From contig CAWJET010000001.1 of assembly GCA_963842085.1 (NCBI GenBank), positions 128,001 to 192,000 of the forward strand: a stretch of DNA of 64,000 bases, given 5' to 3'. Under the pieces are notes generated by a model. It did no database searches and was not told where the DNA came from. It saw only the letters and a list, made by a program, of their open reading frames with translations. Below, one piece after another: positions 1-8,900 of the stretch (position 1 is the first letter of the stretch; each line of letters opens with the position of its first letter). The DNA is from an uncultured delta proteobacterium (lineage in GTDB: Bacteria; Desulfobacterota; Binatia; Binatales; Binataceae). The position numbers were made by a program, and so were the translations under genes.

Positions 1-751
1 TATCAGGTGGGAGCGAAGCGTTCACCGCCGCTGGATGGAGTTTCACAAGGTGCGGCTCGATCATCGCTCGCAGCGCATCGCCCGCCGTGACATCCGCCGC
101 AATTTCGTGAAGCTCGAAAGGCGCACCCTCGCGATGCAGTCGCATGACGTATGCGCGATCTGCCTGGTTGGCTCGCGGCGTTAGTCCGACGATCCAGAAG
201 CCGGGCAGCTTTTTCGGAGCGCCGTAGCGAAGTCTTCTGTGCCAGAGAGCAGTCGCGCTCACGTCGGAACAGATCGGCCGCCGGCTCTCGATCGTCTCGG
301 CCGGATCGAGCGACACCGCCCCGGCGATCGTGACCGCCGGAGCTTCGTCCAGGATCATTTCGACGATCGTGCCGCCCTCGCCAACTCCGGCGACGATCGG
401 CGTCAGATATTTCGGGAACTTCCGCGTGCGCTGAAAATCTCGGCTGAGCCATTCCGCATCGAAAACCAGCTCGTGGCATTTCTCGTTAAGCTTATCGAGA
501 CGATTCAAATATTCCCGGCTATCGACCTCGGCTACCAGCGCTCCGCCTTTCGCTATCGCTTGTGCGGCGGCCTCGTCCGCTCTCGACCATTTCTTTCGTC
601 CGGAAAATAAAATTACGACACCGCGCGTCGGCCCCTGCGGCTCGACTATTTTGACGCTGCCGAGGCGGCCGGCATCGATCGCGTGGGCCGGCGAGACACC
701 GATGCAGCAGACGACCGCGATTGCCGCGAACCCGCGACCGAGTCCCGTCAT
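1..751 (-). CDS. AcvB/VirJ-family virulence factor (lysyl-PG hydrolase), runs off the window edge
   Basis: ATG at 751 overlaps the mprF stop (ATGA). Manual translation gives a signal peptide then VILFSG..W, LVAEVD, C-H-ELVFDAEWLSR, PIVAGVGEGG, typical of the VirJ N-terminus. Directly downstream of mprF. Confidence 0.8.
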   Translation of the reverse strand, partial: MTGLGRGFAAIAVVCCIGVSPAHAIDAGRLGSVKIVEPQGPTRGVVILFSGRKKWSRADEAAAQAIAKGGALVAEVDSREYLNRLDKLNEKCHELVFDAEWLSRDFQRTRKFPKYLTPIVAGVGEGGTIVEMILDEAPAVTIAGAVSLDPAETIESRRPICSDVSATALWHRRLRYGAPKKLPGFWIVGLTPRANQADRAYVMRLHREGAPFELHEIAADVTAGDALRAMIEPHLVKLHPAAVNASLPPD

Positions 752-3342
752 GCCGCCCTGGAACCCCGGCGGTGACCGTTGGCGAGCGCTGCCACGTCCG
801 CAAGACTGATGAATGGACCGATAGCGCCCGACGCCGCCAGGTAGCGAGGTTCCCAGACCGGACGGAACTTGTTCTTGAAGCTGCGCAGACCCCGAAAGTT
901 GTAGATCGCCCCGCCATGCTCCCATAGCAGGCCCGCAATCCGATGCCACCGCGACGAGAGCGGGGTCCGCGCTATCCCCGCCAGCGGCGCCATTCCCAGG
1001 CTCAGCATCCTGAAGTGCCGCGCTTTCAGCTCCAGCGCCAGTTGGGTGAACATGAACTCCATCGTGCAGGCGGGAGCGTCGGGCACCTGCCGCATAAGTC
1101 CAATCGTCGCCTCGCTTTGCATATCAGTCGTCATGAAGGTGACGAATGCCTGGGGCTTGCCATGCCGGCACGACAGCGCGGCCGATTGCGCCGCGATAAA
1201 CCGCGGCTCGAAGGCCGCCACCGAGAACCGCCGCTCTGCCGCGCTATGGGTGGCGAGCCAACTTTCCGAGATCTCACTCAAGACCCCATGCTGCTGGCCA
1301 ACGTTTTGCGGCGAAAGGATCTGAAACGTCAATCCCTCCCGTTCGCCGCGCTTCAACGCCTGGCGCAGTCCATAACGCTCGGAACCTTCCAGGCTGAATT
1401 GGTCCAGGTGGACGCAGGCCTCTTCGCCGACCTTGACGACTCTGAGCCCCGCGTCGAGATAGAGCGGCAGGTTGTCGGGATGCACCTGGTAAAAGGCCGC
1501 CCGGCCGCCGTGCTCGTCCGCTAGTTCCACGAAGCGCCAAACCAGTTCCGGCCATTCCTCGCACACCCCCACCGGGTCGAACAGCGCAACCCAGCTCCGG
1601 CCGCGCCTGGCGTACATCAGGAACGCGTTTCCCGAGCTGGAAAACAAAAAGCTTTTGTCACCCATTAACGCCAGCATCGGCGCGCTGCGATGCTGCCGGC
1701 GAATGATCGCCGCCGCGCGCGCCAGGTCATCCGCCGACGGCGGCTCGACCCGGCCGGGCGCCGCCTGCATCAACTGCCACAGCGAAATTCCCAGCGCAAA
1801 AATCGACGCTCCCAGGATAGCGCGCAACGATCTTGACGCCTGCGCATCGAACTCGAACTGCCACCATATCTCGTGCCGGTAGGGCACGTCGCGAAAGGCG
1901 AACAGCAGTATCCCGGTCGCGCCTGCCATAACCACGGCGATCGCGATGAACCAGCCCAGCCTGAACGGCTGATGCATGAACGCGGCCGGACGCGTGAACT
2001 CGCGCCGCGTCGCGAGCAGCAGCGCCAGCAGGAAGATAAGCGCAGCCGTCTCGCCGAAGGCCAACCCCTTGGCCAGGCTGAACCCGACGCTGGCCAGCGT
2101 GACCGTAAGCGCCAGCCACCACGCGCCGTCGAGCCGATGGTACAGGCCGCGCGCCACGAACAGCAGAAAGACGCCCGCCAGCGTTGCCAGCAGATGCGAG
2201 ATCTCCACCGCCCACAGCGGCAGAACCACTTGCAGCGCCGCCAACCGCCAATCCAGCGCCGGCGTCGCGCCCGACACGACCAGCATCGTGCCCACTGCAA
2301 ATGTGACTACGCTTAGAAATATCGGCGCCAGCAGTCCTGCTCCCAGCGCAACGCGTTCCGCCGCCTTCGAGCCAAAACGCCCGGTCGCGCTCCGGAGCTC
2401 GAATCCCGCCAGGATGGCCGCGGCCGCCAGCAGCGGCGCGATGAAATAGACGCCGCGATAGATCAGCAACGCCGCCGCTATCTCGTTGGACGGCACCAGC
2501 CTTCTGAGAGCCAGCAGGATGACGGCCTCGAACACTCCAAGCCCGCCGGGAATCCTGCTGATCACCCCCAGCGCCATTGCCGCCGAAAAGATTGCCGCAA
2601 AACTGAAAAAATCCACTCCTGCGCGCGGCAGCAGGAACCACAACGCGGCCGCGGCCGCCGCCAGATCGACAGTGCTCGCAAGGAAATGAAGCAGCGTATC
2701 CCGCAGCGAGGGCATCTCGAACGTGAGCTGCCCCAGCCTGACTGGCGCGCGCCGCCATGCGAGCGTCAGCGGCTCCGCAACGATTGCCAGCAGCGCCGCA
2801 GCCCCCGCGCATCGAAGCCAGATGATTGAGATTGGCACGATATGCCCGAGCGCGCCGCCCGCCAACATCACGCTCCCTGCCATGAACGCGCCGAGCCCAA
2901 TCGCGAATGCCACGTTGCCGAACAACGTCACGCGAGCGGTCTGCTCCGGCCGCACGCCGGCCGCGCCGTAAACCCGATCGCGAACCGCATCCGTCGTCAG
3001 CGCCCGCATGCCGACCGCGTTGCCGAGCGCCGATCCGCAGAACGAGGCAAGCAGCAGCACCGGCGTCGAAACCTTCACCCCCGCATAGCTCAACCCCAAC
3101 ATGTCGCGCGCGACCAGCGCAACGTAGCTCAGCACCGTCAGCGCGATGGAAATGAAGATGAGCTCGCGCGAGGTTCCGCGGATCGCGTGGATCACTCCGT
3201 GGTAATCCAACTGCCGCGACAAGGCTTGCAGAACGACCAGCAGAAGCGCGAACGCAACCAGCGCGGCAACTGGCCCGGCGATTCGTCGCGCGCCTTTCGC
3301 GCGGCCGACTCGGGAACGGTTGAACTGTGGCAGTCGGTACAC
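748..3342 (-). CDS. mprF: Bifunctional lysylphosphatidylglycerol flippase/synthetase MprF
   Basis: Many TM helices, IPGGLGVFE motif, and a C-terminal DUF2156 domain (LALMGDK, DPVG, LSLGMAPL, YNFRGLRSFKNKF.P.WEPRYL). Confidence 0.95.
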   Translation of the reverse strand: MYRLPQFNRSRVGRAKGARRIAGPVAALVAFALLLVVLQALSRQLDYHGVIHAIRGTSRELIFISIALTVLSYVALVARDMLGLSYAGVKVSTPVLLLASFCGSALGNAVGMRALTTDAVRDRVYGAAGVRPEQTARVTLFGNVAFAIGLGAFMAGSVMLAGGALGHIVPISIIWLRCAGAAALLAIVAEPLTLAWRRAPVRLGQLTFEMPSLRDTLLHFLASTVDLAAAAAALWFLLPRAGVDFFSFAAIFSAAMALGVISRIPGGLGVFEAVILLALRRLVPSNEIAAALLIYRGVYFIAPLLAAAAILAGFELRSATGRFGSKAAERVALGAGLLAPIFLSVVTFAVGTMLVVSGATPALDWRLAALQVVLPLWAVEISHLLATLAGVFLLFVARGLYHRLDGAWWLALTVTLASVGFSLAKGLAFGETAALIFLLALLLATRREFTRPAAFMHQPFRLGWFIAIAVVMAGATGILLFAFRDVPYRHEIWWQFEFDAQASRSLRAILGASIFALGISLWQLMQAAPGRVEPPSADDLARAAAIIRRQHRSAPMLALMGDKSFLFSSSGNAFLMYARRGRSWVALFDPVGVCEEWPELVWRFVELADEHGGRAAFYQVHPDNLPLYLDAGLRVVKVGEEACVHLDQFSLEGSERYGLRQALKRGEREGLTFQILSPQNVGQQHGVLSEISESWLATHSAAERRFSVAAFEPRFIAAQSAALSCRHGKPQAFVTFMTTDMQSEATIGLMRQVPDAPACTMEFMFTQLALELKARHFRMLSLGMAPLAGIARTPLSSRWHRIAGLLWEHGGAIYNFRGLRSFKNKFRPVWEPRYLAASGAIGPFISLADVAALANGHRRGSRAA

Positions 3343-3562
3343 GTGCAGTAGGGGTCGCCGCCTCCCTTCTTTTCAGCTCAAGCGCCCGGCGCAGATATTG
3401 GAAAGGCGCAACCAGCGGTTATTCTCGCATTTTGCCCCGCCCCCCGACAAATGAGCAGTTTATGAAGCTCGCCCGTGCTACGACAAAGCCCGGCTCACTC
3501 TCGCTGCCGCTCTTCCATCGCCAGCCCACGCAAGCCGGCGTGATCGTTCGTTTCGGGTCGGC

Positions 3563-3568
3563 TATAAT
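3563..3568 (+). promoter_or_regulatory. Candidate sigma70 -10 box upstream of the rhodanese-channel gene
   Basis: Perfect TATAAT 25 nt upstream of ATG 3594; the -35 element is weak. Confidence 0.3.
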
Positions 3569-3593
3569 TTTGGACGCTCGCGGCGCTGAAATC

Positions 3594-4862
3594 ATGGCTT
3601 CCGAACTCAACGCCACCGCCGACGCATCCGCCACACGTGAGATCTCCCGCGAGGAGCTCCGGCGCCGGCTGCACGATTCTTCGCTCACAATCGTGGACGT
3701 CTTACCCGAAGCGTCGTACGTCGGGGCGCACATCCCGGGCGCACTGAGCCTTCCGCTCGAGCAGATTGCCAGTCGCGCGCACGAACTCCTTCCCGACCCC
3801 GCCGCCGAGCTCGCCGTCTATTGCGGCAAATTCACGTGAACTCGCGCTCAGGAGGCGGTCGCCTCGCTCCATGCACTCGGTTACACGAACGTTCGCCACT
3901 ATAGCGGAGGCATCGCCGACTGGGTCGAGTCGGGCGAACTGACGGAGCGCGTGGCTGAAGCCGCCGCCGCGGACTCGAATCCGGAGCAATCGGTGGTGGC
4001 CGGCCCTCCGCTCACGGTGTCGCCGGATGGAGCGATTGGCCGCGGTCCCGCGCGCGTCTCCCGGATGCGTCGATTCGACAACTCGGTACTGGACCTGATC
4101 CAGCGACGGTCCGCCTTGCAACTCTTTCTCATCTGGATGGGAATGATCGCGCTGTGCGGTGTCGGCTACTGGCTTGGTGCGCTGATGGGCGAGCACGGGC
4201 TGGTCGAGGCGGGCCACCCGCTTGCCGCCGATCTCAACGGCCTGGCGAGCGCGCTCTACTTCAGCTTCGTGACCGCGACCTCCGTCGGTTATGGCGACAT
4301 CGTACCGGTCGGAATGGCGCGCGCGCTCGCGGTCGCCGAGGCCGTCACCGCGCTGCTTATTTTCGGCGCGGTCGTCGCCAAGTTCGTCTCGCATCGGCAG
4401 GAAGAGTTGGTGAGCGAAATCCACCGCGTCACGTTTGAAGAACGGCTCGATCGCGTTCAGACCAACCTGCACATGGTGATTTCGGAACTGCTTTCGATCT
4501 CAGCAATGTGCGAAGCGAAGTCGCCGCTGAATCGAATCAGCACCCGGCTGGAAAGCGCCGCGCTGCTGTTCCTCGGTGAGTTGCGTACCACCCGCGATCT
4601 GCTCTATCAGCCGCGGCTGGTCGTCGAGGAAGGCGTCTTGGCCGGGATTCTCGCCACCCTCACCTCGGCGCTCAGCGTGCTGGCCGACCTCCTCGCATGC
4701 CTGCCGCAGGAATTCTCGCGCTCGCAGCCGTTGGAGATTTCGCTCCAGAACCTGACGCGTCTCGCGCGGGACATTTGCGGCGAATGCGTCCCCCACTCCT
4801 ACACGCCCAGGCTCGTCTTCTGGATGGATCGGATCCACGCGACGGCGAATCGAATCAAGTAA
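3594..4862 (+). CDS. Predicted selenoprotein: rhodanese domain (C-x4-U) fused to a 2-TM K+ channel (Ion_trans_2)
   Basis: ORFs 3327..3839 and 3951..4862 are in the same frame, separated only by TGA 3837-3839. Read-through gives DVLP..Y...HIPGA..LP...AVYCGKFT-U-TRAQEAVASLHALGYTNVRHYSGGIADW, a complete rhodanese fold, followed by a pore domain with YFSFVTATSVGYGDIVP. Confidence 0.85.
3837..3870 (+). promoter_or_regulatory. Bacterial SECIS-like hairpin
   Basis: After the UGA: stem GAGGC (3852-3856), loop GGUC (3857-3860), stem GCCUC (3861-3865). The loop starts with G after a 17-nt spacer from the UGA. Confidence 0.7.
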
Positions 4863-4929
4863 TCCCCGTAGAAAGTCCGTCGAGCGCTCGGCCAGGTTCG
4901 CGCGCTCACCCCCGCGCCGGCGCGGATCT

Positions 4930-6258
4930 TCAGCGCAGCCGCGAGCGTCGAACCTTGAGTACGGGCAACAGCATCGAAGGATAGTCCGGCGACCCGTCGA
5001 AATGCGGCGATCTTATCGGCGGTCGATACTCGAGCGGGAAGGTCGTGACCAACGGCCTGCTGAATACATCGGCGTGACTCACAACGATGACGAAGCGCAG
5101 CGACAAGTTGAACTGCCGGACCTCGTCAAGCGTCTGAAGTGGCAGACGCAAGCCGAAGCAAAAACATTCCGCCTGCTCTCCGCCACCGATGACCGTGGCC
5201 CGAGTGCTTCCATCCGCGGTGCTGACGGTAGTTAGTTTCGAATCTGTATTTTTGACCGCGCCCCTGCCGAGCAGCATCCGCACCCGGATTCGGCGGACGA
5301 TGCCGATGCCTTTGCCGCGATTGCGCAACATGAACCTGAGCATGATGTTGGCGACGTTGCTGGAACCTGCGCCCGCGTACCTTAATGGTTCTAGCGCGAT
5401 GTTTTCTCCCATCGTTCGAGCAGCGAGCGTCGTCGGCAGCGGTAGCGACAGCTCGATCTCCTGCTCTTCGACAAACAGGTGCGGTCGTTGCGCGTTGAGC
5501 ACGAGAGTCGTCACCTCGATACTCTCGCGCGCGGTTGTTTGCGCCGCCTCCGCTATCTCATTTTGCTTTCGACTGAAGTCCGCGAGCCAGCCGGCCGCGA
5601 GAGCAGTCCGTTCGACGCTCCGGCGCGCGGACGCTTCCGCCGCCTCGGCCAACTCCTTCTGCTGACGACTGAAATCACCTAGCAAGCCGGTGGCAAGAGT
5701 AGTGAGTTCCACGCTCTGGCGCGCGATTGTTTGCGCCGCGTCCGCTATATCATTTTGTTTGCGACTGAAATTCTGGAGCAAACCCGCGGCGAGAGTTGTC
5801 ACTTCGATGCTCTGGCGCGCGATTGTCCTGACCGCCTCAGCCATCTCTTTTTGTTTGGGACTAAGATCTCGCAGCAAGCCCGCAACCAGAGTCGTGAGTT
5901 CGACGCTCTCGCGCGCAATCGTTTCGGCCGCTTCCGCCAACTTTTTTTGCTTACGACCGAAGTCCCAGACCAACCCTGCCAGGATGGCGACCAGAACCGC
6001 GGTCAATACCGTCGCTATCTCTCCGGCAATTCTCCATCGCCCCTCGGGCGGATTCGCTGGAGCAGCGTAGCTGAAAGTCCCGTAGTAGTTGTAAGGTTTG
6101 TCAACCGTGACCGCGTGCGCTTTCTCTGCAGGCCCTGGTCCGGCGGGCGTCGCCGATGGACCGCTGCTCGGCACGCCGCTGGCGCTTACATGCGCGGCGC
6201 TTGGGAGTAAGAGCAGCGCAATCAAAATCAACGCCAACCATGGCTTCCAGTGCTTCAT
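4930..6258 (-). CDS. Membrane-anchored hypothetical protein with a 32-aa tandem helical repeat stalk
   Basis: Signal peptide, one TM segment (IATVLTAVLVAILAGLVW), about 5 repeats of FSRKQxExAEAAxTIARxSxExTTLxxGLLxD, then a beta-rich C-terminal domain. Confidence 0.75.
   Translation of the reverse strand: MKHWKPWLALILIALLLLPSAAHVSASGVPSSGPSATPAGPGPAEKAHAVTVDKPYNYYGTFSYAAPANPPEGRWRIAGEIATVLTAVLVAILAGLVWDFGRKQKKLAEAAETIARESVELTTLVAGLLRDLSPKQKEMAEAVRTIARQSIEVTTLAAGLLQNFSRKQNDIADAAQTIARQSVELTTLATGLLGDFSRQQKELAEAAEASARRSVERTALAAGWLADFSRKQNEIAEAAQTTARESIEVTTLVLNAQRPHLFVEEQEIELSLPLPTTLAARTMGENIALEPLRYAGAGSSNVANIMLRFMLRNRGKGIGIVRRIRVRMLLGRGAVKNTDSKLTTVSTADGSTRATVIGGGEQAECFCFGLRLPLQTLDEVRQFNLSLRFVIVVSHADVFSRPLVTTFPLEYRPPIRSPHFDGSPDYPSMLLPVLKVRRSRLR
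5500..5965 (-). repeat. 96-bp intragenic tandem repeat (about 5 units)
   Basis: The motif gactgaa(g/a) and variants recur at about 5571, 5667, 5763, 5859 and 5955 (period 96). Confidence 0.85.
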
Positions 6259-6330
6259 GCAAGCTCAGCGGATGAACCGAAATCGGTCTGGCCTTTGGCA
6301 CAAATGGGGATCCAGAGCAAGCAGGAACCC

Positions 6331-6413
6331 GTTCTAACAGGGTCCTTTGACTTCGCTCAGGGTGAACTCCGCCCGCATCCTGGTCCTCGCTAAGGTGCAG
6401 GGATTAACCTTGC
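6331..6413. repeat. Structured intergenic repeat family C, copy 1 (contains an inserted REP-like hairpin)
   Basis: gttctaacagg..ccgcatc..ctaaggtgcaggg matches 27715-27770 and 8114-8200. Confidence 0.7.
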
Positions 6414-6431
6414 GCCTGCTCGTTCTCGATC

Positions 6432-6650
6432 TTGCTCTTTGTCGTCTTGCCGGCTTTCGAGGAGTCCTCGGAATTCGACGCGCCCGCATCGTCAGCCCGA
6501 GCCCTCGGAATCGCATTCGGGGTCCTCGGCTTGGCGACCTTCTTCAGCCGCACGGCCGAAGCCGCGATCATCGGCGTACTGATCGGCCAGGAACTCTGGA
6601 TGCTGGCGGCGCCAATCGCCCTCGCCCTGACCCGCCCGCAGCCGGAATAG
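6432..6650 (+). CDS. Small hydrophobic ORF or gene remnant
   Basis: 72 aa with two hydrophobic stretches; start uncertain, begins right after repeat C1. Confidence 0.3.
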   Translation: MLFVVLPAFEESSEFDAPASSARALGIAFGVLGLATFFSRTAEAAIIGVLIGQELWMLAAPIALALTRPQPE

Positions 6651-6710
6651 AGCTTACTCGCATCTCCCGCGCGCGGTCATCGCTTACGAGCAATCCGTCC
6701 GATACAAAAG

Positions 6711-8102
6711 ATGGGGGTGTTTCGTCCTTCGTCAAAATATCTTTTGACTGCAGCCGCCGGTCTACTCTGCGCGATTCTTGCTTCTTCGCCGGCCCCCGCT
6801 CAAATCAACTACGACACCGGCAACGATACCGTCTTCGCGCATTCTGACACGCTCCCGTGGTGGCTCTCGGCGCAAGGCAACTACATCTTCCAATGGCACC
6901 CGCGCTTCCACGCCGATTACAGCGGCCTCAACAGCTTCGAGCACGCTTCCGAGCAGGCCGCTTCCGAACTCACCACTCTCTATTCAGGCCTCGAGCTGTC
7001 TCCGACGCTCGAAGCCGTCGCTGATTTCGAAAGCGCCGGTGGCAGCGGCCTGAGCCAGACTCTCGGGCTGGCCGGTTTCCCCAACCTCGACGCGGTTAGA
7101 AACCCCGCCCTCAGCGCGACTCCTTACCTGGCCCGGCTCTGGTACCGCAAAGTGATCGCGCTGAGCGATGAGACTGTCAGCGTCGAGCGCACTCCCATTT
7201 CCATCCTCACCACGCTGCCGGCGCGCCGGCTCGACATCCACCTCGGCAAGTTCGACATGGTGGACTTCTTCGACCTCAACAGCGTCGCCAACGACAGCCA
7301 TACGCAGTTCATGAACTGGACGGTCGTAAACAACGGCGCCTACGACTACGCCGCTGACACGCGCGGCTACACGTGGGGCGGGGTTATGGACTACGAAGAT
7401 CGATGGTGGGGCGTTCGCTTCGCCGAGGCCCTCGTATCCAAGCGCCCCAACGGCCTGAATCTTCAAAAGAACCTGCAGGACGCGCATTCGGAGAACTACG
7501 AAATTGAGTTGCGTCCGCAATTGATCGAAAAACGCACCACCGTCGTTCGATTCCTCGGGTTCACCAACTTCGCCAATATGGGCGACTACCACCAGGCGAT
7601 CGATCTCTTTGCGCAGGGGAAAACGCCGGTGCCCGAGATCACCGACCATCCGCGGCAAACGGAACTGAAGTATGGATTCGGCATCAACGCGGAGCAGGAA
7701 TTCACCGACTATCTGAGGGGCTTCGTTCGCGCGGGATGGAACGAAGGCGAGCACGAATCCTTCAACTACACCGAAGTGAACGATACCGTCGCGTTCGGCG
7801 GCGATCTCCGCGGCGTTCTTTGGAATCGCCCCCAAGACAAGTTCGGCGTCGCCTTCGTCGGCAACGGACTCTCCCAAAGACATCGCCAGTATCTCGCCGA
7901 GGGCGGTCTCGGCTTCCTTTTGGGTGACGGCGCGCTAAGCTACGGCGCCGAGAGAATCATGGAGTGCTACTACAACTTCCCAATCCCGGTGCACGCCGGT
8001 TTTTTTGGCGCCGTGGATCTTCAGTACATTGACAACCCCGGCTACAACCGCGCCCGGGGTCCGGTCGTAGTCCCCGGAATGCGCCTGCACGTCGAACTCT
8101 GA
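6711..8102 (+). CDS. OprB-family carbohydrate porin / high-affinity Mn2+ porin-like
   Basis: Signal peptide, GFPN, GKF...DFFD.N, TQFMNW...NGAYDYAADTRGYTWG, GGLGFLLGDG.L.YG.E, NPGYN..RGPV, C-terminal RLHVEL. Confidence 0.88.
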   Translation: MGVFRPSSKYLLTAAAGLLCAILASSPAPAQINYDTGNDTVFAHSDTLPWWLSAQGNYIFQWHPRFHADYSGLNSFEHASEQAASELTTLYSGLELSPTLEAVADFESAGGSGLSQTLGLAGFPNLDAVRNPALSATPYLARLWYRKVIALSDETVSVERTPISILTTLPARRLDIHLGKFDMVDFFDLNSVANDSHTQFMNWTVVNNGAYDYAADTRGYTWGGVMDYEDRWWGVRFAEALVSKRPNGLNLQKNLQDAHSENYEIELRPQLIEKRTTVVRFLGFTNFANMGDYHQAIDLFAQGKTPVPEITDHPRQTELKYGFGINAEQEFTDYLRGFVRAGWNEGEHESFNYTEVNDTVAFGGDLRGVLWNRPQDKFGVAFVGNGLSQRHRQYLAEGGLGFLLGDGALSYGAERIMECYYNFPIPVHAGFFGAVDLQYIDNPGYNRARGPVVVPGMRLHVEL

Positions 8103-8113
8103 ACTTCCACCCT

Positions 8114-8233
8114 GTTTCCAACAGGGACGAAGTCCCGCATCTTGTTTTCTAATGGGTGCAGAGCCTGTCCTGAGCGACGCCGAAGGAGGTCACCCCCTGC
8201 CCAGGGAAGTGTGAAACCCACGGCGGGTTTCAC
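8114..8233. repeat. Structured repeat family C, copy 2 (contains a REP-like insert)
   Basis: cccctgcccagggaagtgtgaaacccacggcgggtttcac is nearly identical to 27768-27807. Confidence 0.75.
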
Positions 8234-8900
8234 CTTCGATTAAGTGAATTTCTGCACTCTCGCTAGCTGCGCATGTCAGCGCGGTCTGCATCGACTCGGC
8301 CAGGGATACTGGGCGCAAATTGCGATAGGGCTAGTCATCCATACGATCGCTCTCGCCCTTCTTCGCGCCATAAACCAATATCCACTAGGCCATTGTTACC
8401 CGCGACTTATGCCGATTGCGCATGAGGACACCTATATCTTGACTCTATGCCACAATGTTGAAAGCTCTAACACTGCTGCTACTCATCAAGCTCTATCTAT
8501 GGCGGCGAAGCTGACAGCCTTCACGTTCACTCGCTTACTGATAGAACTTCGCACCCTTCCAGTTCTAGTTCTCTTTTTTTTCCCGGTTCCTGACCGCTGT
8601 CATCGAAACTTAATCGGCTCGATCGCACCTACTGCTTGACCTAAGCGCGCACCGGTGCGATAAGCCAGATTGTAGCATTGGCCAACAGTTTGTTTTTCAC
8701 CTTGGCGGGGACCAATGGGGGAGCAAGTTCACTGATGGTCACCTCCCTTTCTTGCTTTCATTTTGCCGAAAGTCGCGCGGCGCCGCATCCGAATCATACT
8801 CACCTGCATGGTAGGAGACCCCGGAGGAATCCTGGCTATGACAAGACGCTTAACTAGGGCGTTCGTCCAGGATGTTTTCTAAACAACATGGAGGAGTGAG

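Noticed and set aside
1-3342. mprF-acvB pair as a novel system
   Set aside because: Well-described lysyl-phosphatidylglycerol synthase/hydrolase pair.
3327-3839. Stand-alone truncated rhodanese plus a separate channel ORF 3951..4862
   Set aside because: Same frame, the rhodanese fold continues past the TGA, and a SECIS-like hairpin is present. One Sec-containing gene is the better model.
8244-8639. 131-aa ORF in the AT-rich intergenic region
   Set aside because: Atypical composition, no RBS, no family motif; likely spurious.
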